DNA of 64,000 bases, taken from assembly GCA_028023455.1 (NCBI GenBank), contig JAQFVV010000004.1, positions 23,498,001-23,562,000 of the forward strand, in the 5' to 3' direction. The first letter of the stretch is position 1. The number at the start of each line of letters is the position of its first letter. Shown here in pieces: positions 54,921 to 64,000 of this stretch. The notes under the pieces were generated by a model that saw only the letters and a program-made list of their open reading frames with translations, was not told where the DNA came from and made no database searches. The position numbers and the translations under genes were made by a program. The DNA is from Epiperipatus broadwayi. Taxonomy: Eukaryota > Animalia > Onychophora.

Positions 54921-57160
54921 CTATAATGGTAATTTTTTAAAATTTGTTGAATATTTAGCTCTCTTTGATCTTGTAATGAAAAGAACATGTATATAAAATC
55001 AAAAATCAAGAAAGAATGAACCATTATTTAGAAAAATATATTCAAAATGAGTTTATATAAATCTTAGCAAAAGCTGTAAAAAATATCTTATTCTTTGTAA
55101 AATTAGCAAAATACTATTCAGTCATCTTGGATTGCGCTCCAGATGTTAGCCATATTGAATAATTGACAATGATTAATGCTTGGTCAACCTGAGATAATAA
55201 TAAGAGAACATTTTTTAAGGATTTGTTTTTCTAGAGGAAACTACAGGTTCATTCATAACAAACTTTAATTGAACATCTAAGGCAGGAGTGGCCATTGATC
55301 ATGATCCACTAGTCAATTGCAAAGCCAATTTTGGTCAATCATAAAGCCAATTTGGCAAGAGCCATCTGATAATGAGTGAAACAAATTAAGAGAAGATTTT
55401 CAAGTTTTTTTTTATTATTTTTGTTGTAATTTTTTTTTTCCAATTCTAGATAAGTGAAATCCACTAAGTCGTATCATTATTGAAAATAATATTTTTAATC
55501 TTGACTTAATGTAGCTAATTTGAATAAATAAATATTGTTAATAATTACTCATGTTGCTTTAATTCACCTGGACATAAGTTTTTTGGCCTGTTAAATAATT
55601 ATATTAATTTTTACGTAGGTAGATATATAAAAATAGTATTTCACACATCCCTCCACTTAGAATACATCTATGACAACAAGTCAATCACAACACATTTTTA
55701 AAATAAAAAGTAGATCTTATGAACATGAAAATTGGCCACCCCTGATCTAAGGCAATTAGAATTACCAATTGAGAATGAAGAGCAAAGAAAGTGTGTTCAA
55801 AAAAGAGTTCTAGATATAAATCCTGGTTCTTTCCTTATTCTTGTACTTTACACTCTTTAAATTTAGTGATCAATGATGCTTCCAAGGGTTGCTTAGATAT
55901 GACTTTATTTTAGTTCAACAAATTTTTAACTATTTCTCTGCATCTACCCATTATTGGCAAATTCTTTCAACTTATATTTTGAACTTGACTATTAAACCAT
56001 TGAGAGAAACAGGGTAGAGTGCCATATCACTGCTTTAAAACCATTAAGATATCACAATGTCAGTACATATGATGCACTCATGCAAATTTTGGATAATCTA
56101 AGATTAATTAATTCAACTGAAATACTTCCTAACATGAAGCAAAATCCTTTGCTGATTCCACTTCTAAATTTAAATTCATACTATCCCTTTCCATGTGGTA
56201 ACATCCTTTTAATGAGATAAATATTTTAAGAAAAATGATATAGATAAAGGAAGCTGATTTAAATTCAGTTATGAAACAACTACAAGTAACCAAAGAATAC
56301 TTTTAAAATATAAAACCGATAATGGTTTTGAAATTTTTTTGTAGTCAAAAAAATAAGTGAATTTTGAAATAAAAAAAAAAAAAAAACAAATAGAGAAGAT
56401 GAAAGATAGCAGTTGGAATATGAATGTTAAGATGAGACTTTGCAAGATTCTCAGTAGAGGTTCAAAATAGAATTTTACTATTGGGTCTTGGATATGGCTA
56501 TGCAGTCAACTGAAAAGAGGTTTTAACAATTAAAACAACATTCTATTTGGATTTTTTATGATATATATAATATCACCAAAAAAACAATTGCCAATTTTGC
56601 TAAATGATTGCAAAAATCTTGAAAAGGTTTTAACTCATAATGCTAATAAAGATATTGGCACTGAGAATCTTGAAGTGGACTTTATGCAGTAGCTCAAAGA
56701 CTGTCAAAACTCATGCCAATACAAGAAGTATTTTTCTTTATAATGCAGCAAAAACTTATCAACTGCATATCCAATATTTTTCTGCACTAAGAATACTACT
56801 GATACTCCACTCTCAGTAGCAAGTGGAGAAAATACTTTCTCAAATTTAAAACTTATACTTGTGCTCAACAATGCTCCAAAATAGATTAACAGATTTAGCA
56901 ACAATTTCAATCGAACACAAGCCAGCTTCTATACTAGATTTAAACTGATAGAAAATTTTGCAAAATTGGAGGCAAACAAAAATTAAAATTTGATTTTCAT
57001 ATATACATAATGTATATTACTTGGCACATTATTAATAAAGCATGCCAAAATATATTCGATTTTAAAATTTCATTTAAAAAAAAAATTCAACTTGCAAAAT
57101 AAGAAGCACACTTGCAAACATTGCCTAGAATACAAAATAACCTGACACCAACATTGATTT
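54921..57160 (+). mobile_element. Decayed hAT transposase (ZMYM1/DUF4371-type), interrupted by a MITE
   Basis: NGNFLK, HYL..YIQNE, AKYYSVILDCAPDVSHIE, CTLHSLNLVIND, KPLRET, and the dimerisation domain ALRILL..PLSVASGE..FS.LKL..RLTDLATISIE. Confidence 0.9.
55283..55744. mobile_element. hAT (Charlie-type) MITE inside the hAT transposase
   Basis: TIR CAGGAGTGGCCA / TGGCCACCCCTG; perfect 8-bp TSD atctaagg at 55275-55282 and 55745-55752. Confidence 0.9.
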
Positions 57161-57856
57161 TATGCATTTTATATTTTTTATTAATATGAATAACATTAGA
57201 CACCCTGAAATAGTTTTAAAACAGATAATTTTGAATACTTCATTATTTTTGCATTTTATTCATCGTATAATCATGTAATTATATTTCTTAATATATTTTG
57301 TGTTATCAATTTAGGTTCACATAGCAAATATACATTCAATATTCACAAAACAAACACACATATGATCTTCCTTTGAGTCACATACAATATACTAGGTATA
57401 ATTGTTTCATCAAAAAGAAAAGATTTACTAATGACAAATAACCACAAAATTTATTAAACTAAATTAATAAAAATAAAATAAAAACAGAAAAATGCACTGA
57501 AATAAAATATGTGAGCATGTTGGGATGGTGGTAGAATTCTACATTAAAAAAAAAACTGCCATATAACTGCATATGAAATAATAATACAGACAACTCAGAA
57601 CTTGCTATTTATATCATAAATTCAATGTATGTTAAATTTGTTATGATCTGCAGCTATTTATCCAAGAAAAAAAAAACTAATCATTTTTAATATATTCAAA
57701 ATATATAGATTTACTTTTGTCTACTAATTCTTTATAATAATTTTGAAGTTTTAAAATGTGAAAGGAACAAAAATGTGTGTAACTATTATGAGAATTACAC
57801 ACATGGTTGGCATTAATTAAAAACTGATGTGTTTATTTTGCATCTTGTAATACCTT

Positions 57857-57960
57857 GCATTGGTGGTCGAGAGGTCAGCGCGACTGCCTTGCACTTGCAG
57901 GCAGTTGCCCGGGTTGCGGGTTCGCGTCCCGCCGATGCTATGACACTTTAAAAAAAAAAA
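57857..57960 (+). mobile_element. tRNA-derived SINE, best-preserved copy
   Basis: GCATTGG TGGTCGAGAGG (A box) ... GCGGG TTCGCGT CCCG (T arm/B box) CCGATGC, TATGACAC, A-run; CpGs retained. Confidence 0.85.
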
Positions 57961-60203
57961 TCATAAATATAAATGGTCTTTTCTACTGATTCAGTGTATA
58001 CAAATTTCAAATTATAAGTGTGTGTGCAGATATGATATAAATATCATGCCAAGGAGAATTTATTCTAACACTTGTTCTAGAAAATATTAAATTTAAAAGG
58101 TTCTTGAATAAAAATTTTACTATCTAAATACGATTTATCATTATCTGTCAAAAAGAAATTAGAAGCCACTGTTTGTCTATTAGAATTTTAGAAACCTTGT
58201 CATTCATAAGTTTGATGGTTTTTAGTAAAGTGTTACAGAAACATATTTGACAAATCACATAATTCAGCAATTTGATTGTTAATGAAAATTTTATTTTTAC
58301 TTCCATATACAAAGATTATTAAAAGTTTCTCTTTTAAAATTAATAATTTTATAATAAAAATTAAAAAAAAGGAAAGTTTTTAAACAAATTTTGGAATTAA
58401 ATAAAATTAGCAGATTACAAAAAAAATTAAACTTTCTAATATTTTTTCAAACTACTAAAAAATAAAATAATTTAAATATAGATTTTTAGCTTTGTTACGC
58501 TTGTGTAAGCAAAAAGAATGGTGATCATGTGATGTTTAATGGTTTTTTAAATAAAAAGAGTACTGTATTTAATTTAGAGATCATGTTTGCAATAGAATGA
58601 TATACAGAGAATAAAAGATAAATAAGCATTATCATCCTTTTAATTTAAACAAAAACAGCCTCCTCTATTATAAAAAAGAGATTTCTTCCTTAAATAAAGA
58701 AAAACTAAGGCATAGGCATCTTTTAATTTGATTTACTTCTGGAGTTAGAATGCCCATATCTGTTAATAATTGGCTTTTGAATGATATTTATTAAATTTAT
58801 AAATCTTAATATTTTCATCAAATTACAAGCTTATATTATATTATTTATGTTTTAGTTAAAACAGAATATCTAGTACTTTCATCAAATTATGATTTATATA
58901 GTTAAGACTGAGTAATTATAGAATATTATGACAAAAACCTAATCAACACATGTATCTGTCACAGGAATTTAGAACCATCTGGTTAAATTTTGGATTTTTT
59001 TTCCCCAGTGTCATAAACAAATTTGCTATTTTTCTTTTAAAGAGCTAGTTCATAGATAAACTCAAGCGTCTCCAAGAGTGGTTGGTAAATGGGTATCTAA
59101 TTATTATTTAATAACTGTTGAAGAAAAAATTGTAAAAATAAAAAAATACAATTGTAATATGATATGGCTTTCACCATTAGTGGTGAAAGTATCATATTAA
59201 TATGTAGCCATCTATTTTTGCAGCAAAATGAAAGAGCTTTATGAAAATGAAGATCATACTAACAAAAAAAAAAAGAAAAGAATATAGATATAATATTTAA
59301 AAAGAGACGGATAGATCAAGTTGTTTCTGTACAACAGACAAAAGTATTGCCATGTTATATTTTAATATTGATAGATAGAAAAATAATTTCCGTAATCTAC
59401 TTATTCAGCTGTTGTCCCACGTGTCTTATTTGATTGGTCAAAATGTTGTTTTCTTTTTTTAATGATGTAAAAACTATAAGCATGATGTCAACTGAAATAC
59501 AGGCATTTGATACATCTGGAACGCAGTTTTCTAATGATGTTTTTTTTAAAAATCCAATGAAATTTGATTTTTTTATTAATTTTTTTCATAACAGGCGCAT
59601 TTTATATATATTTTTTGAACAATTTTCTAATTTCCATGAAGCAATAAAGACAGAAAACTTTTATCAGCCTCATAAGTTGGATAAAACGGATTAAAAATCC
59701 TTCCATGGAGTCTAAAGTAACTGCAGAATGTCAGGCTCATAAGTATACAATATTAATTTTTTTTTAATTATTTGAAAAATGATCTAATTTTTATTAATTT
59801 GTGTTTGTAATGGTGTGTGTGTGTATATATATAAATTCCATAATATTTATTTATACTCATATGAATTTATATGTACAGTAATTTTGTGTGGTCTAATTCA
59901 AGTTTTATAAAAATAATGATTCCCAAAAGATTTAATAATTTATTATTTATTATTATGTTTATATGGTGTGTTGCATGTTGTATAACAAGTAATGATTTAC
60001 AAAACTAATAATCAAATGTACAGAAAGATTGCATATGCAGGCAAAGAATCAAATTCTGATTCTTGCCTATGCCTTGATACTCATGCTGTGGAATCACTAG
60101 TTTTGCCATATCTTTCATCATATTATTTTCAAGTCTATAGCTAACAAATGGACTATATGCAAATAAATCATATCTATGTGATACAATAAATATAACAAGA
60201 TAG

Positions 60204-60285
60204 CATCACTGGTTTGCATAAAGAATATAAACATCACTGGTGTGCATAAAGAATATAAACATCACCGATGTACACAAAAAAATAA
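60204..60285. repeat. 28-bp minisatellite, about 2.7 copies
   Basis: catcactggt(t/g)tgcataaagaatataaa repeated. Confidence 0.85.
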
Positions 60286-61071
60286 AATAAAGAGATGAAA
60301 CTCATTTTATCAGTGATACAGACAGTAACCTACAATTTCTAGTTTTAGATAGACAAGAAGCCAATTGCTATGATGACCAATGCATATCTATCTTCTGAAA
60401 ATGATTTGTTTTGTATCTTTTATTAAGATGAATCTTTTTCTTATAGATGCCTTTGACATTTGGTAACTTTTGGGGTACAAGATAATAATGAAGAATTCTT
60501 ATGTGAATACTTTTGGAGATTCTGAAGCTATGGATTATCTCAGATAAGACATATTATATATGGTTTGAAAGATAATTTTATGAGGAATACAAAGAAATTA
60601 TCATTGAAGATGTAATTTAAACTTAGGTAATGATGAATTAGAAATTATGAACAAATAATAAAGTAATAATTATGTCAGATGTTGACATTTCTTTTTTTCC
60701 TTATTTTTTAAATGGTAATCACTATTTGTCTTAGCGTTATTGTTTTCCTTGGTTTTTCTAGTTTCTATCAATGTAAAGTTTTTTGCTCTAACATTATTAA
60801 AACTGAAGTTATTGTGAAAATTATGTCTCAGGACACTTTTTAAAAAAAATCAATATGGCGCCTGGAGAATTAAGCAGTTAAAGGAATTAATTGTTTTTCA
60901 GAACATAAAGATGATGTGGCAAAAACTAGATCTTAAATTCCCTGTAAAATAAAATGAATGGTACTGGATTATCAAAGATTATGAATTACTTTACTTATTA
61001 ATAGATGTTTCAATCTTCTCTCTATTTCTTTTTATAATTTTCCCCCCTCATTTTAATCATACTGTTTTTAG

Positions 61072-61077
61072 ACACAG
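61072..61077 (+). other. Candidate 6-nt microexon ACACAG
   Basis: Long pyrimidine-rich tract ending ttttag, 6 nt, then the consensus donor CAG|GTAAGT. Confidence 0.3.
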
Positions 61078-62689
61078 GTAAGTACAGAATCAGTTTGTTA
61101 AGAGTCTATCATATCCCTGGCATCTATCTGAACAATTACATATTTAAGCACTCACATTTTCATTCCTTAATAATATAAACAGCAATTCTAATCTCAATTT
61201 TTTTTGTACACAAAAATATATAATTACATAAAATATACAAAGCTTTTAACACAGAGAAAACAACAAAAGGGACAAATTTAACATACCAAGAGGCAATTCA
61301 TTCTATAATGAGTTGCTTGGAGTTATATTTGAGATAGGAATTTCTTTGCATTAATTATTGTATGCATGGGTCGTCTTATTTAAGGATTCCCTTGCTCTTA
61401 CTTACCTCAATTGAGAAAATCATAGAGAAGACAGTGAACATGCTGAGAGATTGTTCATTTAAGTGATAAAAATAAATGTAATATCAGTAGTCATGACCAG
61501 GCAGAAATAAATGGTAATAATTTTATATATATATAAACTCTTAAAACATGTAAACCTGAATATAGAAGAAATTGTTAAGATAGATGGCTACAAGTTACTG
61601 TTTTTTTTTTAAAATAAAGTTTATTGAATATGTTAGATTCACTGCAAAGTCTGTTTAGTTGATGAAATTCTTAGATGTACCATGAAAGACTAATAATATT
61701 AAAAATTAATTTGTGCAATAAATGCTATAGTGTGCCCATGTGACTGATAGCTCTATGAGTTCAAATGACCTTATTGAATTTATACACAGCATATAGATTA
61801 ATTATCACAATTATTTTGATTAGACAAAAAAAATATTATTAAAAAATTTAAGTGCATCAATGCTCAAATAATAAAAATTTGTGGATTCATAGAATTAGAA
61901 ATAAAATGTAAAACAAAAATAATAATTTAGACAAACTATTAGTCAAATCATAGATTAGTAATAACAACATTACAAAGTTTCTCAATATACTAGTAGAAAA
62001 GTTGATCTTTTGTTTGTTTGTTTTTTAAAGAAAAAATAACTGCTACTCATATTTATCATGTTACAGTGGCATAGAATTCTCTTAAGAAGTGTGTTGTGGC
62101 TAACTCCATTTTTGTTTACTGAAATGGAGAATCCTGATTAGTTATCCTAAAATAATTGAATTGATTACTGCCACTGAAACAACAACAAAACATTATGCTT
62201 TTACTTGGCTAAATGGTCAAATGAACACAGAGTTTCACAAACAATATAGGAATTTAGAGATATAAATTCAATGTCTCAATATTTACTAATTCCATTATAT
62301 GCTAACCCCAAACAAATAAAAAATAAAATCACTGAAATTAAAATTAAATTTTATACTTACATATATATAATTTTTTGATAGGAAACAGCCAATTTCTTTG
62401 CTGACATTCTTTCATGATAATATTAATCAGACTACAATTCACTTTTTTTTTTCCTCAAAAAATTAAAACATTTAAAATGATTTCAAAATATAAATTAATG
62501 ATCATAGTAATTCTACTAAGCCTAAAAGATTTTTTAATTTTTCTTTAAATGTTGAAATAAAAATGTTAATTATTAAAGGTGATAATATGCTGGATTATTT
62601 CCATCATTTATCAGTGAATGCTGAATATATAGAAAATTTTTAATTTTATTTAAACTTTTCAAATACAAACAATTTGTTAGTAATAACAC

Positions 62690-62897
62690 ACAAATAGATA
62701 GCACAGGTTAATAATTACACAACATTTTGGTTATTATTCTCCACTCTTCTTCAGGTGTTGGTGGCCTGACCAGTGACAGTGCAAGTTTGAGTCCTATGCA
62801 AATACTGTCACCTATCAGACCAGTAACACTTGAAAAAGAGTGGAGAATAATACTATTCTAAACATTATGTAATTACTAACCTGTGTTGTCTATTTGT
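62690..62897. mobile_element. Old head-to-head inverted pair with decayed hammerheads, family E
   Basis: Arms 62690-62780 and 62804-62897. Minus 62717-62758 reads ACAC CTGAAGA A GAGT GGAGAATAAT AACC AAAA T GTT GTGT; the plus copy 62826-62870 is more decayed. Confidence 0.7.
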
Positions 62898-64000
62898 ATG
62901 TTAGTTGTCATTGTTTGTATTTAAAAAGTTTAAATAAAGTTTAAAATTTTCTATACATTCAACATTTATTGATAGATGATGGAAATAGTCCAACATATTA
63001 TCACATCTAATATTCCATCATTCCATACCTTCAGGCAAATATTAATTATTAACCCTCTTGCATTCTGACATTTTCTATTTTTCCATCTAGTGAGGATTTT
63101 TGGAAATGCTACTTTCTGTTTGTATAAATTCATTATTTTATACTAAAACTCAAAAAATTGGATTTGATTTTTTTAAATTTAATGTTATAAACAAATAATA
63201 TTCTTAAAAAATCATAATTGACAGTTTTAAATATTTTAAACCTGGCAAAAATACAACCATAAGCATCACACAGATGTTTACATTAACATTTTTCTGAAAC
63301 TAATAAATTCTTTTTTATTCAATTTTTTTTTAAAGTGAATAAACATAAGAAGATTTATGACAACTTTATCAAATATCTGATATTTTCTTATGGAAATTAC
63401 AATAGTTTAAAAGATTTTAATACCTAGTCAATTTGCAGATAATGATGTAGTGGACAGTCTTTTTTTTTTATATTTATATTGCATATTATGGTGAAGTTTA
63501 TTAATTTCTATTTCTAAAATAAAACATAAATGAATAAATTGAAAGTTTATCTGAGTATTTCTTTATAATCATCAAACTATTAGTGTGAAAGAATAATCAA
63601 AAATACTTTATAAATAAACAAAAAATAATGTTTCATTATACTTCAAAATTTTTATATAAAAACCAGACTAGATTGTATGTGAACACTCTGTGAGCATTAA
63701 TTTCTTTTTGTTAAAAAACAAAGGAAAAATTTCTTAATGCTAGCCACAGTTCATAAGATGTGATCTCTTTAAATGTTTTTTTTTTCAACTCTGAGGAAAA
63801 TGAAAGTGAGGGTTTACAAATAAAGAGAAAAAAAAATCTGGTAGAATTTAAAATTATTAAAAAAAATAAATAATAAGTTTTATTCTTTTTTTAGAGATAA
63901 ATGTGAAAACACACACTAATTATTACATACAAAAACATAATTTCATTGTCATTTTCATAACTACATTATTTTATTTTTAAATTATTATTGTTGACAATCT

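Noticed and set aside
59300-59750. CpG-containing segment that looks like a DNA-transposon end
   Set aside because: No matching opposite end or coding motif in the window.
1-64000. Most ORFs in the supplied six-frame track
   Set aside because: They are 60-137 aa, rich in F/I/L/K/Y as expected from AT-rich DNA, and have no recognisable domains. The informative ones are fragments of the transposons listed above.
1-64000. CRISPR arrays, rRNA, intact tRNA genes, prokaryotic operons
   Set aside because: None seen; the tandem repeats lack unique spacers and the sequence is eukaryotic in character.

Overview
Very AT-rich, strongly CpG-depleted animal-type genomic DNA, probably an invertebrate intron or intergenic region; the organism cannot be fixed from sequence alone. 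No intact protein-coding gene is recognisable. Most listed ORFs are compositional noise; a few are fragments of decayed transposons. The window contains a decayed Ty3/Gypsy element (both LTRs, PBS, gag-pol, PPT) with nested insertions, several RTE-like LINE remnants, a decayed hAT transposase, two hAT MITEs with perfect 8-bp TSDs, four copies of a tRNA-derived SINE, and Penelope-like element (PLE) RT and GIY-YIG remnants. The main result is ten minimal type-I hammerhead ribozyme (HHR) motifs from five sequence-unrelated short repeat families. All have a tiny palindromic helix III, and four of the loci are head-to-head inverted pairs. A sixth family (330-335 bp unit) has the same partial-tandem/inverted architecture and covarying stems but no hammerhead core, so it is a candidate for an uncharacterised structured or self-cleaving RNA. 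All alignments and folds were done by eye; coordinates of decayed elements are approximate.
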